The notes under the pieces were generated by a model. The model searched no databases. It saw only the letters and a program-made list of their open reading frames with translations, and was not told where the DNA came from. A stretch of DNA of 64,000 bases from an uncultured delta proteobacterium. Lineage in GTDB: Bacteria > Myxococcota > Myxococcia > Myxococcales > Anaeromyxobacteraceae. The DNA is taken from assembly GCA_963766715.1 (NCBI GenBank), contig CAVYBH010000010.1, forward strand, positions 32,001 to 96,000, read 5' to 3'. Shown here in pieces: positions 30,626-42,074 of this stretch (positions are counted from its first letter, which is position 1; every line of letters begins with the position of its first letter). The position numbers and the translations under genes were made by a program.

Positions 30626-31839
30626 TGCTGGGGCTCGTAGTGGAGGGAGTCGGCCAGGAACGGGTCGCGAGCGGGGAGGATGGGGCGTCCCCGCAGGCGG
30701 GACACCACCCAGGCGACCGAGATGCCGCCGATGCCGAGGAAGGCGGCCAGGTCCATCCAGCTGGGGCTGGGGCCTGCCGGCGAGATGCTCGGCATCACCA
30801 CCCAGTAGATGTCCACGTAGTGCACCGCGAGGATCCAGAAGGACATGAAGACGAGCGGCTTCCAGGCGCGCTTCCGCTCCCGCGGCATGAGGATCAGGAA
30901 CGGGAGGACGAACTGGAAGAGGGCCAGGAAGATGCCCACGCCCTTCCATCCGGAATCGGTGCGGACGAGGTACCAGGGCACCTCCTCCGGCAGGTTCGCG
31001 ATCCAGATGAGCAGGTACTGGGAGAAGGCGATGTAGGCCCAGAAGGCGGTGAAGGCGAAGAGGTACTTGCCCATCGAGTGGATGTGGTTCGCGTTGATGG
31101 CGCCCTTGAGGGGCTCCTCGCGCGCGGCGGCCGCCGTCGCGATGATCCAGGCGGCGATGGCGGCGACCAGGCTGCCCGAGAACCAGTAGACGCCGAAGAT
31201 GGTGGAGAAGAGGAAGGCCGAGAGCGACATCTGCCAGTCGAAGGCGGCGAAGGTGATGGCCAGCGCCACGAAGGGGAGGCCGCCCGCGCCCATGCGGCGC
31301 ATCTTGAGCTTGAGCTCGGGGGCGCCGCTCTCGTCCTGGGCGAGCGACCAGCCGCGCATGAGCATTCCCACGCCGAGCCAGATGGCGAAGTAGATCGCCG
31401 CCCGGACCAGGAAGAAGGGCACGTTCATCCAGGGGTGCCGGTGCTCCCAGAGGTGGACGGCCAGCTTCCCCTCCCCGTGGGCCCAGGGCTGGATCGCGGC
31501 GTGGGCGGCGGCCGTGGGGTCGACCCAAGGGAAGATCCGGCCCATGCCGAAGACGATGGGGAGGAAGAGCACCGCGAGCACGGTGAGCGCGGTAGGCAGG
31601 CTCTCGAGGATCCGGCGGACGACGATGTACCACCTGGAGTTGGCGGCCTCGTTGGCCATGAGGAAGACCATGGCCGCGAGCGCGATCCCGGCCCAGTACA
31701 CGAAGGCGGCCAGGTAGGCGTAGAGGGCGCGGCGCGCGTCGATCGCCCCGCCCGCCGCGGTGGCGGCGAGCCCGATGACGCCGACGGCGGCGGCGCGGAT
31801 CATCAGGGTCCTGCCCCCGGTGAAGGGCGCGGCGTTCAT
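30622..31839 (-). CDS. actF: alternative complex III membrane subunit ActF
   Basis: RRILE, FFLVRA, FAAFDWQMSL...FSTIFG, GKYLFAF.AFWAY..FSQYLLIWIANLPEE. Confidence 0.9.
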   Translation of the reverse strand: MNAAPFTGGRTLMIRAAAVGVIGLAATAAGGAIDARRALYAYLAAFVYWAGIALAAMVFLMANEAANSRWYIVVRRILESLPTALTVLAVLFLPIVFGMGRIFPWVDPTAAAHAAIQPWAHGEGKLAVHLWEHRHPWMNVPFFLVRAAIYFAIWLGVGMLMRGWSLAQDESGAPELKLKMRRMGAGGLPFVALAITFAAFDWQMSLSAFLFSTIFGVYWFSGSLVAAIAAWIIATAAAAREEPLKGAINANHIHSMGKYLFAFTAFWAYIAFSQYLLIWIANLPEEVPWYLVRTDSGWKGVGIFLALFQFVLPFLILMPRERKRAWKPLVFMSFWILAVHYVDIYWVVMPSISPAGPSPSWMDLAAFLGIGGISVAWVVSRLRGRPILPARDPFLADSLHYEPQQ

Positions 31840-32408
31840 CGGTTCTCCTTCTCGAGGCGCCCGCGGACGTCGGGGGGCGCCTGCTCGATGCGGGTGCGCT
31901 GGGACAGCTGGAGCGCGCGGACGTAGGCCACGACCGCCCATCGCTCGTCGGTCCCGAGCCACGGACTGTAGGACGGCATGTACCCGTATCCGTCGGTGAT
32001 GGCGGTGAAGAAGAAGCCGTCCGGGCGCTGCCAGTTCGCCAGCAGCGAAGGAGGCTGGCGGATCGACATGTTCCGGGCGACCGGCCCCTGCCCGTCGCCG
32101 AGGACGCCGTGGCAGACGGCGCAGAAGACCTCGTAGCGCTTCTTCCCGACCTCGAGGATCTCGGGGGTCAGCGCGACGGGGATGCTTCGCCAGCGGGGTC
32201 CCGTCGGCGTTGCGGCCGGTGGCCACCGCGGGGTCGGTGACCGCGGAGGCGGACAGGGTACCCGGCGGCGGCGCGCGCATGCCGATCTGGTCGGGGTAGA
32301 AGACCGACTTCCGGTACGGCTTCACCTTGGGCTGCTGCAGCATGGGGTTCACCCAGTTCGCAGCCGGAGGCGAGCAGCGCGAGCGCCAGGATGGGGAAGC
32401 GCCTTCAT
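31836..32408 (-). CDS. actE: alternative complex III monoheme lipoprotein ActE (frameshifted)
   Basis: Lipobox ASGC, MLQQPKVKPY, CAVCHG near 32110, GYGYMPSY, RWAVVAYVRALQ. Confidence 0.85.
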
Positions 32409-32935
32409 GCCTCCTCCGGGACCAGCTCGACCTGGGCGGCGCCGAGCCTGCGAAGCTCCTCGGACACCGACGGGACCTCGTCGGCCTTCACCGACACCGA
32501 CAGCCAGAGGGCGTCGATGGTGGCGGAGCGGAACGCCTCGACCTCGAAGAGCGGGTCGTACGGCTTGGGGAACTTGAAGAGCGCCATGAGCCCGAAGAAG
32601 ATCGACACGCCGGCCAGGAGCACGCCCAGCTCGAACATGATGGGCACCCAGGTCGGGGACGGCACCGCGTTCCGGTTGCCGACGTTGATGGCGTAGTCGA
32701 CGTCGTTCATCCACCACTGCATGAGCACGGCGGACGCGACGCCGATGGCGGCGGCCACCCCGGCGATGAACGGGATCGGCGACCTCTTCAGGCGGAGCAC
32801 CTGGTCCGAATCCGGCAACGGGTACGGCGAGTAGAAGTCGAGCGAGGCGTGCCCGGCGTCCTGCAGGGCGCGGGCGGCGCCGTAGAGGGCGTCGACGGTC
32901 GGGTACTGGCCGAGGATGACGCGGGTCGAGCTCAT
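32405..32935 (-). CDS. actD: alternative complex III subunit ActD (DUF3341)
   Basis: [23 protein letters not shown]. Confidence 0.88.
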   Translation of the reverse strand: MSSTRVILGQYPTVDALYGAARALQDAGHASLDFYSPYPLPDSDQVLRLKRSPIPFIAGVAAAIGVASAVLMQWWMNDVDYAINVGNRNAVPSPTWVPIMFELGVLLAGVSIFFGLMALFKFPKPYDPLFEVEAFRSATIDALWLSVSVKADEVPSVSEELRRLGAAQVELVPEEA

Positions 32936-34335
32936 GCGTGCTCCCCGGCGTGGGCCCGCTCGTGCGCCATCTCGTGGTTCAGCTCCTTGACCTCGGCGAT
33001 CGCCACCGACGGCACGAAGCGCAGGAACAGGAGGAAGAGCAGGCTGAAGAAGCAGATGGTCCCGAAGAAGATGCTCCAGTCCACCCAGGTGGGGATGAAG
33101 ATGCCCCAGCTCGAGGGGAGGAAGTCCCTGTGGAGGGAGGTGACGATGATGACGAAGCGCTCGGCCCACATCCCGATGCCGACCAGGATCGAGACGATCC
33201 AGAGCCAGGCCACGCTGGTGCGCGCCCTCTTCCACCAGAAGGTCTGGGGAATGACGACGTTGCAGAAGATCATGGTCCAGTAGACGACCGCGTACGGGCC
33301 GGTGGGGCGGGTCTTGAAGAACAGGAAGGCCTCGTACGGATTGCCGCCGTACCAGGCCATGAAGTTCTCCATGAGGTAGCCGTAGCTCACGATCATGGAG
33401 GTCACGAGCATCACCTTCGCCATGTTCTCCAGGTGGCGGCTGGTGATGACGTTCTCGAAGTGGAAGACCTTGCGGGCCGGGATGATGAGCGTGAGCACCA
33501 TCGCGAAGCCGCCGAAGACCGCCCCGGCCACGAAGTAGGGCGGGAACACCGTGGTGTGCCAGCCGGGCAGCAGCGACACGGCGAAGTCGAAGCTCACGAT
33601 GGAGTGCACCGAGAGCACGAGCGGGGTGGAGAGCCCCGCCAGGATCAGGTAGCCGATCCGGTAGTGCTGCCAGTGCCGCGAGGAGCCCTTCCATCCCAGC
33701 GCGAAGATCCCGTAGGCGACCCGCTGCACCTTCTTCGTGGCGGTGTCGCGCAGGGTGGCGAAGTCGGGGATGAGCCCGAGGTACCAGAAGAGCGCGGAGA
33801 TGGTGAGGTAGGTGGAGACCGCGAAGACGTCCCAGATGAGCGGGCTCTTGAAGTTGGGCCAGATGCCCATCGTGTTCGGGTACGGGAAGAGCCAGTAGAT
33901 GGCGAACCAGGGTCGGCCGGTGTGGACCAGCGGGAACAGCCCGGCCTGCATGACCGCGAAGATGGTCATGGCCTCGGCGAACCGGTTGATCGACGTCCGC
34001 CACTTCTGCTGGAAGAGCAGGAGGATGGCCGAGATGAGCGTGCCGGCGTGGCCGATGCCGATCCACCAGACGAAGTTGATGATGCCGAAGCCCCAGCCCA
34101 CCGGCTGGTTGTTGCCCCACATGCCGATGCCGCGGGCGACGGTCACGGTGAGGCCGACGATGAGGAAGCTCGTCCCGGCGGCGGCCAGCCCGACCAGGAT
34201 CTTCCAGCTGTCCATCCGCTTGAAGATGGGGCTGAGCAGCTCGGTGTTGAGCTGGGCTTCGGTGGGGGCGCCCGCGATGAGCGGTTCCCCAACCAACGGA
34301 TCGCGTTGCGCTGCGGCGGTCGCTGGAGGGGTCAT
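32932..34335 (-). CDS. actC: alternative complex III quinol-oxidising subunit ActC (NrfD family)
   Basis: [64 protein letters not shown]. Confidence 0.95.
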   Translation of the reverse strand: MTPPATAAAQRDPLVGEPLIAGAPTEAQLNTELLSPIFKRMDSWKILVGLAAAGTSFLIVGLTVTVARGIGMWGNNQPVGWGFGIINFVWWIGIGHAGTLISAILLLFQQKWRTSINRFAEAMTIFAVMQAGLFPLVHTGRPWFAIYWLFPYPNTMGIWPNFKSPLIWDVFAVSTYLTISALFWYLGLIPDFATLRDTATKKVQRVAYGIFALGWKGSSRHWQHYRIGYLILAGLSTPLVLSVHSIVSFDFAVSLLPGWHTTVFPPYFVAGAVFGGFAMVLTLIIPARKVFHFENVITSRHLENMAKVMLVTSMIVSYGYLMENFMAWYGGNPYEAFLFFKTRPTGPYAVVYWTMIFCNVVIPQTFWWKRARTSVAWLWIVSILVGIGMWAERFVIIVTSLHRDFLPSSWGIFIPTWVDWSIFFGTICFFSLLFLLFLRFVPSVAIAEVKELNHEMAHERAHAGEHA

Positions 34336-37287
34336 GCCAGGTCCGGGTTGGGGTTGCGGATCCGCACCAGGTAGGCGGTGCGAGGCCGGGTGCCGAGCTC
34401 GTGGAGCAGGTCGTAGCGACGCGCGTCCTCGTGCAGCTTCTTCACGCGCGACTGCGGGTCGTTCAGGTTTCCGAAGACGATGGCCTCGGCCGGGCAGGCC
34501 TGCTGGCAGGCGGACTGGACGAAGCCGATCTTCTTGCCGCCGATGCGGGCGTCGATGCGCGCGCCCTCGATGCGCTGCACGCAGTAGGTGCACTTCTCCA
34601 TGACGCCGCGGGACCGCACGGTGACGTCGGGGTTGAAGAGCAGCGTCTCGACCGCGGGCACCTCGGGGCGCCAGTTGAGGAAGTTGAAGCGGCGCACCTT
34701 GTACGGACAGTTGTTGGAGCAGTACCGGGTGCCGACGCACCGGTTGTAGACCATCTCGTTCAGCCCCTCGTCGGAGTGCACGGTGGCGTTCACCGGGCAG
34801 ACGTACTCGCAGGGCGCGGTCTCGCAGTGCTGGCACATGACCGGCTGGGTGATGGTCTCCGGGTCGGAGGCCGTCCCGGAGAAGTACCGGTCGGTGCGGA
34901 GCCAGTGCATGATCCGGCCCTTCGCGACCTGCTCCTTCCCGACGGTGGCGATGTTGTTCTCCTCCTGGCAGGCGATCACGCAGGCGTTGCAGCCGGTGCA
35001 GCGGGACAGGTCGATCGACATGCCCCACGAGTACTCCTGCTTCGAGTAGTCGACCGCGGGCTGCGAGGTGGGCGGCATCCCGCGGAGGTGCTCGAGCTCT
35101 CCACCGCCCTCCCCTTCGCGCCAGTCCTTGGCGGTGAAGTCGAGCGCCAGCGGGCGCCCCTCCATCCCGAAGTGTCCCTGCGCGACGGCGAAGGTGTGCT
35201 TGCCCTTTCCCGCCGTCACGGAGAGGCCGTGGACGAACCAGGCTCCGCCTTCCCGCAGGCGATAGGCGTCGACCCCGACTCCCTTCGACACCGCGTTGGC
35301 GTCGGCCCGGCCGTAGCCGAGCGCGAGGGTGACGGAGTCGTCGGCGTGCCCGGGCATCACCTTCACGGGCGCCTGGACGTTCCGCGCACCGATGGCGAGC
35401 GTGGCCACCTGCCCGTCGGCGACGCCCAGCTTCCGGGCCGTCGTCTCGGACAGGTACGCCGCGTTGTCCCAGCTCACCTTGGTGATGGGGTCCGGAAGCT
35501 CCTGCAGCCAGGCGTTGGCGGCGAAGCGGCCGTCGAAGAGTCCGTAGGAGGGAGCGAGCGCGAGCTCGAGCCCGTCCGACTTCCCGGAGGACAGCCGTCC
35601 CGAGCGCCGAGGTCACCGCGGCGACGTCGACGGGCGGGTTCTCGACGGGCTCGGCGGTGCCGGGGACGACTCCCTGGCGCAGCCAGCGCTCCCAGTGCCC
35701 CTCGAAGGAGACCGGGTCCGTGGCGCTGCGCCCCATCCAGTAGGCCTTCACGTGCTGCATCGCACCCTTGTCGCCCTGGTCGAGGAAGGCGGCGAGCAGG
35801 TCGACCGGGGAGACGCTCTCGTACAGGGGAGCGATGAGCGGCTGGACCAGCGAGGCGATGCCGTCGCGGGAACGGCCGTCGCCCCAGCTCTCGAAGGGAT
35901 GGCTGGCGGCGATCTTCCAGCTGCAGCGGCGAGAGGTCTCGTCCTCGCGCAGGGTGAGGTAGAGCGCGTTCGGGACGCGGGCGAGGAGCGCGCCGACGTC
36001 GAGGCCGGCGGGAGCGGCGTAGACCGGGTTCCACGCCGTGATCACCAGCGTGTCGACCTTGCCGCCCTCGATCTCCTTGGCGAGCGCCGCGAGGGAAGCG
36101 CCCGTCGGGGCGGCGTCACCCAGCACCGGGCGCGAGCCGTTCACGGTGACCCCGACGTTGCCGAGGAACGCGTTCACGGCGTGCGCCAGCGCGTGGACGG
36201 CGGGCGGCTGCCGCTCGCCGACCAGGACGACCGATTGCCCCCGGTGGGCCGCGAGGTCCGCTGCCACCGCCTTGGCGGCGCGCGCCAGCTCCGGCGAGAG
36301 GGCCGGCGCGGCGGGGACGACCCCGAGGTGCGCGGCGACGGCCCGGGCGAACCCGGCCACGTCGGTTCCCCGCATGCGGAACCTGTGGTCGGCGTTGGCG
36401 CCGGTGAGGGACAGGGCGGGCTCGGCCACGTAGAGGCGGCTCATGGCCGCGCCAGGCTCCCGGTGCCGGGCGAACTCGCGGGTGAGGCGAAGGGACTCGC
36501 CGTGGCCCGAGAGGAAATCGGCGTCGAGGGAGAGGATGGTCCGGGCGGCCTCGAGCGAGTGGCGCACGTCGAGCGGGCGTCCGAAGGCGATCCGGGCTCC
36601 CTCCGCGGCGTTCTCCTCGGTGATGGGCGCCCAGGCGTGGAAGCGGGCCTTCGGGAAGCGGGCCTGGATCCGCCGGCGCAGGTCGGCCTGGGTGGGCGAC
36701 GCGTCGGGGGCGATCAGGAACGCGAGCCGGGCCCCGCCGTCCGCGTCGTGCACGCGGGCGAGCTTCTGGATCTCGGCGAGGAACCCGCGCCAGGAGAGCG
36801 GCTCTCCCTTGCGCCAGATGCCCCGGGCGCGAGCCGGGTCGTAGAGGTCGAGCAGGGTTCCCTGCTCCCACGTGGAGGAGGCGCCCAGGCTGGCCGGGTG
36901 GGCGGGGTTGCCCTCCACCTTGACCGGCCGGCCGTCGGCGGCGCCCACCAGGAGCCCGGTGGCGTAGCCGTCGAAGGCGAGGGCGGTGGCGAAGTGGAAG
37001 CGCTTGCCGGGCCGGTCCTCCGGCGGCTCGTAGACGTAGGGGACGATCTTCTCGCGAGGCGGCTGGCAGGCGGCCAGGCCGCCCAGGGCCGCGGAGGCGC
37101 CCAGGATCTGCATGAACGACCGGCGGGACAGCTCCGGGGGAGCCTCGGCGGCGCCGGCCGCGAACTCCCCGCGCTGGGCGGCGGCGCGGCTCTCGAGCTC
37201 CCCGACGCTCTGCCACAGCGAACGGTGCCCGGGCGCCCGGGGCTGGCCGTGGTCCTGGATGACCGGCAGCGATTTCATCGGTGGCAT
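34332..37287 (-). CDS. actB: alternative complex III subunit ActB (molybdopterin-oxidoreductase-like fold plus Fe-S domain; frameshift near 35590)
   Basis: SRRSFMQ Tat plus [60 protein letters not shown]. Confidence 0.93.
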
Positions 37288-37934
37288 GTCGTGCAGCTCA
37301 CGCGGGAGTGGATGTCGTAGGTCTTCATGAGATCGGCTGCCAGGGTCTTGGCGGCCGCCGGATCGTCCGGCGGTTGCCAGGTCATGCTGGTGATCTGATC
37401 GCGCGGGCGCAGGTTGGGCGCAGGGTTGCGGTGGCAGTCGAGGCACCAGCTCATCTGCAGGCTCGCGACCTTGGTCACCGCCGCCATCTGATCGATGCGG
37501 CCGTGACAGGTGACGCACCCGATCCCCTTGGCCACGTGGATCGAGTGGTTGAAGTAGGTGAAGTCGGGGAGCTGGTGGACCCGGTTCCACTCGATCGGCG
37601 TGCCGGTGAAGTAGCTCCGGCGGATCGGCTCGAGCTTCGGGCTCTTGTTCCAGATCTGCGAGTGGCAGTTCAGGCACATCTCGGTGGAGGGGACGCCCGC
37701 CGATGCGCCGCGGTCCGCGTTGAAATGGCAGTAGCGGCAGTCGATGAGGTCGTCGACCACGTGGTGCCGGTGGTCGAAGAGGACCGGCTGGGCGATCTCC
37801 TCCTGCAGCCCGGCGTAGTACGGGGTGCGGAAGTAGCCCCAGAGTCCGAGCAGTCCTCCACCGAGGACGGTGGCGACGGCGACGAGGGAGAATCGGGCGA
37901 GAAAATTCGCGGAAGGCTTGAAGATCGCGCTCAT
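37275..37934 (-). CDS. actA: alternative complex III pentaheme cytochrome c ActA
   Basis: N-terminal TM. CRYCH, CLNCH, CVTCH, CLDCH, CTTCH. Confidence 0.93.
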   Translation of the reverse strand: MSAIFKPSANFLARFSLVAVATVLGGGLLGLWGYFRTPYYAGLQEEIAQPVLFDHRHHVVDDLIDCRYCHFNADRGASAGVPSTEMCLNCHSQIWNKSPKLEPIRRSYFTGTPIEWNRVHQLPDFTYFNHSIHVAKGIGCVTCHGRIDQMAAVTKVASLQMSWCLDCHRNPAPNLRPRDQITSMTWQPPDDPAAAKTLAADLMKTYDIHSRVSCTTCHR

Positions 37935-38041
37935 TCCGGCACGGGCCTCCCAGGGGCGTGAGCGGTCATCGGGTCACTGTGACTTCCGGCGGGGGTGGGA
38001 CGTCGTCGACTCGACCGGTCCACTTCTATTGCTGCCACCTA

Positions 38042-38055
38042 TTGATGTAGGTCAA
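38042..38055. promoter_or_regulatory. FNR-like box in the AT-rich actA/ECF divergent promoter region
   Basis: TTGATGTAGGTCAA. Confidence 0.55.
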
Positions 38056-38197
38056 AACCATTTGAAAGACCCTTTTGGGTACATTTTTACATCCCTTTTG
38101 GGTCTGGGTCGGAATAGACCCCGTAAAGTGCTCGGGAAATCGCGGCCAGCGCTCCGTCCTTGTCCCTCGGCCGACGACGTTCTATGCATCTGCACCC

Positions 38198-39037
38198 ATG
38201 GCCGAGACCTCTCCCCTCACCGACGAGCAGCTCGTGGACAGCGCCCGGGGCGGCGATCGCGCCGCGCTCGAGCGGCTGCTCGAGCGGCACGAGCGGCAGG
38301 TCTACCGGTTCGGCCTCAAGATGTGCCGCGACCCGGAGGCCGCCAAGGACGTGCTGCAGGAGACGCTCATCGCGGCTGCACGGACCGTCAAGGACTTCCG
38401 CGGCGCCTCCTCTCCGTCGACCTGGCTCTACGCCATCGCGCGGAGCTTCTGCATCAAGCAGCGCCGGCGGTCCAAGTTCGCCCCGGAGCACGAGGAGTCG
38501 CTCGACGCCGACGGCGCCGGTCACGAGGTCCTGCAGATCGCCGACCCCGGGCGGGCTCCGGACGAGGCCCTGGCCGGGCGGCAGGTGGAGCGCGCGCTGG
38601 AGCAGGCCATCGCCGAGCTCGAGCCCATGTACCGGGAGGTCCTCCTGCTGCGCGACGTGGAAGGGCTGTCGGCCGCCGAGGTGGCGGAGGCGGTCGGGAT
38701 CAGCGTCGAGGCCGTGAAGAGCCGCCTCCACCGCGCCCGCGTCTCGGTGCGGGAGAAGGTCGCCCCCATCCTCTCGCCCGCGCCGGAGAGTCCGATCACC
38801 GAGGCCTGCCCGGAGGTGGTCTCGCTCTTCTCCCGGCACCTGGAGGGAGAGATCTCCGCGCCGGTCTGCGACGAGATGGAGCGCCACCTCGCCGGCTGCC
38901 CCCGATGCCGGGAGCGCTGCGCCTCGCTGCAGGCGACCCTCGCCTCCTGCGCCGCCGCCCCGCTCCCCGAGGTCCCTGCGCCGGTGCAGCACGAGGTGCG
39001 GCGAGCGCTGCGGCAGTTCCTGGCGCGGACGGCCTGA
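38198..39037 (+). CDS. ECF sigma factor with fused C-terminal zinc-binding anti-sigma-like (zf-HC2/ZAS) domain
   Basis: AAKDVLQETL, STWLYAIA, LLRDVEGLS..EVA, VKSRLHRAR, then C..V..LFSRHLEGE...HLAGCPRC. Confidence 0.88.
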   Translation: MAETSPLTDEQLVDSARGGDRAALERLLERHERQVYRFGLKMCRDPEAAKDVLQETLIAAARTVKDFRGASSPSTWLYAIARSFCIKQRRRSKFAPEHEESLDADGAGHEVLQIADPGRAPDEALAGRQVERALEQAIAELEPMYREVLLLRDVEGLSAAEVAEAVGISVEAVKSRLHRARVSVREKVAPILSPAPESPITEACPEVVSLFSRHLEGEISAPVCDEMERHLAGCPRCRERCASLQATLASCAAAPLPEVPAPVQHEVRRALRQFLARTA

Positions 39038-39080
39038 GCGCCCCTCGCCCCTCCCGGCGCCGACGCCGTAGACTGCCCGA

Positions 39081-39770
39081 GTGTCCGTCTTCCGCCTGCC
39101 GCGCGAGCCGATCTTCCCCGACCCGGAGCTGGCCGAGCCGGACGGGCTGCTCGCGGTGGGAGGCGACCTCTCCCCCGATCGCCTCCTGCGCGCCTACTCC
39201 GACGGGATCTTCCCCTGGTACTCGGAGGAGACTCCCATCCTCTGGTGGTCTCCCGATCCGCGCATGGTGCTCCTGCCGCCCGAGCTGCACGTCCCCCGCT
39301 CGCTGGGGCGGACGATGCGCGGCGGCGTCTTCGAGGTCCGCGCCGACACGGCGTTCGGCGAGGTGATCCGGCGCTGCGCCGGGAAGGAGCGGCCGGGGCA
39401 GGACGGCACCTGGATCACCGAGGAGATGATCGAGGCCTACGAGCGGCTGCACGAGCTCGGCCTCGCCCACTCCTTCGAGGCCTGGCGGGAGGGCGAGCTG
39501 GCCGGGGGGCTCTACGGCGTGTCGCTGGGGGCGGCGTTCTTCGGGGAGTCGATGTTCGCCGACCAGCCCGACGCGTCGAAGGTCGCCTTCGCGAGCTCCG
39601 TCGAGTGGTTGCGGGGACGGGGGTTCGAGCTCGTCGACTGCCAGGTCGACACCGAGCACCTCCGCCGCTTCGGCGCCCGCGAGATTCCCCGGGCGGAGTT
39701 CCTGGCGCGGCTGCGGAACGCGCTGGCGAGCGCGACCGTGCGGGGGCCCTGGAGGATCGGGCCGGCGTAG
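39081..39770 (+). CDS. aat: leucyl/phenylalanyl-tRNA--protein transferase
   Basis: GLLAVGGDLS, GIFPWY, WWSPDPR, GTWIT, FFGESMF, ASKVA, DCQ. Confidence 0.96.
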   Translation: MSVFRLPREPIFPDPELAEPDGLLAVGGDLSPDRLLRAYSDGIFPWYSEETPILWWSPDPRMVLLPPELHVPRSLGRTMRGGVFEVRADTAFGEVIRRCAGKERPGQDGTWITEEMIEAYERLHELGLAHSFEAWREGELAGGLYGVSLGAAFFGESMFADQPDASKVAFASSVEWLRGRGFELVDCQVDTEHLRRFGAREIPRAEFLARLRNALASATVRGPWRIGPA

Positions 39771-39777
39771 CGGGAGC

Positions 39778-39848
39778 CGTGTGGCCTCGTCGCTGGGTGG
39801 CGCTCGTGTGGCCTCGTCGCTGGGGCACCGTGTGGCCTCGTCGCTGGG
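39778..39848. repeat. three exact 20-bp direct repeats CGTGTGGCCTCGTCGCTGGG
   Basis: Copies at 39778-39797, 39805-39824 and 39829-39848, with 7-bp and 4-bp spacers. Confidence 0.9.
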
Positions 39849-40051
39849 GGCGCTCGGTCCTCGCGCTGCGGCGGCTGGGGTTCGCGGCGGGTCGCTGCGG
39901 ATGCGCCCCGCGACGAGGCCCCCACGGCGAAATGGCGAAGGCGAGCGGGGATGCGCGCCTCCAACTTCGCGTCCCTCGAATGGCCTCGCGCGAGTCGCGG
40001 CGTCACCCGCGGCGGCCCGTCCCGGCGGCGACACGGGCCAGCGGCGGCGCG

Positions 40052-42074
40052 CTACTGCGTCAGCGTCCTCTCGAGGAACGCGACGGTGGTGACGATCAGG
40101 TAGTCCCGGTTCTCCTTCTTCTGGAACCCGTGACCCTCGTCGAGCGCCAGCAGGTACCAGACGTCCTTCCCCTTTCCCTCTCACCGCCGAGACGATCTGC
40201 TCGGCCTCGCTCTGGGGAACGCGGGGATCGTTCTTGCCCTGGATGACGTAGAGCGCCGCGGAGATGCTCGCGACGTGGTTGAGGGGCGAGATGCGCTCCT
40301 GCACCACCCGCACGGCCGGGTCGCGCTCGTCCCCGTACTCCGCCCGGCGCAGGTCGCGCCGGTACGGCGCGGTGGACTCCAGGAAGGTCGGGAGGCTGGA
40401 GATCCCGACGATGTCGACGGCGGACCGGATGCGCGCCGGGTAGAACGCCGCCGTGGCGAGCACCATGTACCCGCCGTACGAGCCGCCGAAGACGCCCACG
40501 CGCGCGGGATCGAGGTCGGCCCGCGAGGCGACGTAGTCGAGCGTGGCGCCGATGTCCCCGAGCGCCTGCTCCCGCTTCACGCCGTCGTCCATGGCCAGGT
40601 AGGCCTTCCCGTAGCCGGCCGAGCCGCGCACGTTGGGAAGGAGGACGGCGAGCCCTCCCTGCACGAGCAGCTGCGCGAGCGGCTGGAAGGTCGGTCGCTC
40701 CTGCGCCTCCGGGTCCGCCGTGCCAGGAGATGACGACGGGGCGCTTCCCGCCCGCCTTCGGCAGGTAGAGCCAGGCCGGGATCGAGACGCCGTCCGCGGC
40801 CGGGTAGCGGACCAGGATGGGCTCGACCAGCGTGGCCGGATCGATCCCGCCGAGCTCGGACCTCGTCCACCGCGCCGGGGTCTTCTTGCCCGGCGTCACC
40901 TGCCAGACGTCCCCCGGCGAGACCGGGGTCACGAGCCCCAGGAAGAGCGACGACGGGCGCGACGGCCGGGAAGCGCAGGCCCGACGCGACGCCCTGCGGG
41001 AGGTCGCCCGGCGCGAGCTTGCCGGATCGCGGCTCCAGGAAGTAGAGGCGGCTGGCGCCGTCGGCATTCACCGTCAGTGCAATCCGCCCGCCGTCCCGGG
41101 CCACCGCCAGCCCCTCGACGTCCCAGCGCAGGTTGCGGGTGAGGGGCCGCGCCGTCGCCGAGGCATCGGCCAGGTCGAGGCGATAGAGCTCGTCGTAGTC
41201 GCCCTGCCGGTCGGTGACGAAGTAGACCGACTTCCCGTCCGCCGAGAAGCGGGCCGCGCCCACCGAGGCCTTGCCCTCGGCCGGGGTCAGGGCGCGCCTC
41301 GCCCCGGTCGTGGCGTCGACGAGGAAGAGGTCGGAGTCGGCGATGGAGCGGTAGCGGCGGACGAGCAGCTGCCGCCCGTCGGCGGAGAAGTCGACGGGGT
41401 ACCAGGTGCCCGGCTCCTCGAAGAGGATGCGCCCCTCGGCGGGCCGGGCGGTCGTGGCCACCACCACGTCGGTGTCCTTGCCGTTCCGGGCGGTGCTCCC
41501 GTAGGCCAGCATGCGGCCGTCCGGGGAGAGCACGAGCGACTCGTGGCGGCTCTTCCCGTCGGTGATGCGCTCGGTCTTGCCGGTGCGCCGGTCGAGGCGG
41601 AAGACCTGCCAGTTCTCGGCCCCGCCCACGTCCCGCAGGAAGTACACCACCATCGGATCGCCGGGCAGGAAGGCGCCCTGCGACACGGGCTCGCGGCCGA
41701 AGGTGATCTGCGTCCTCGCTCCCATGGGCCGGTCGACCACGTGGAGCTGGGAGCTCTGCCCGAAGCGGGTGGCGATGAGCACCTCGTCGCCGCTGGCCGA
41801 GACGTCGAGGAACCGCGCGGACCGCGCCTCGAGGAGCCGCTCGGCGCGCTGCCAGAGCTCCTCGGGAACGGCCGGGACGCCGACCTGCAGGAGATTGGGC
41901 CGGCCGGGCACCTGGGCCATGCCCGCGACGCCGGTCGGTGCGGGGGTGGCCGTCGCGGGCGGAGCCATCGCTCCGGCCGGCGCAGGCTGGCGCTGCGGCG
42001 GGAGGTGCCGGGGGGGCGGCGGGAGCCGTCGCCTGGGTGGCGAGGAGGGCGAGCGCGAGGGAGAGGATCTTCAT
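40052..42074 (-). CDS. secreted S9 family (prolyl oligopeptidase-like) peptidase with beta-propeller, frameshifted
   Basis: Signal MKILSLALALLA, WD40/PD40-like repeats, WHGG, PNVRGSAGYG, GGSYGG, QGKNDPRVP, DEGHGF. Confidence 0.88.

Noticed and set aside
32932..37677. Giant ActB-ActC fusion (1581-aa ORF)
   Set aside because: Produced by a frameshift in actB. actC has its own ATG overlapping the actB stop.
39778..39848. CRISPR array
   Set aside because: Only three 20-bp repeats with 4-7 bp spacers, and no cas genes in the window.
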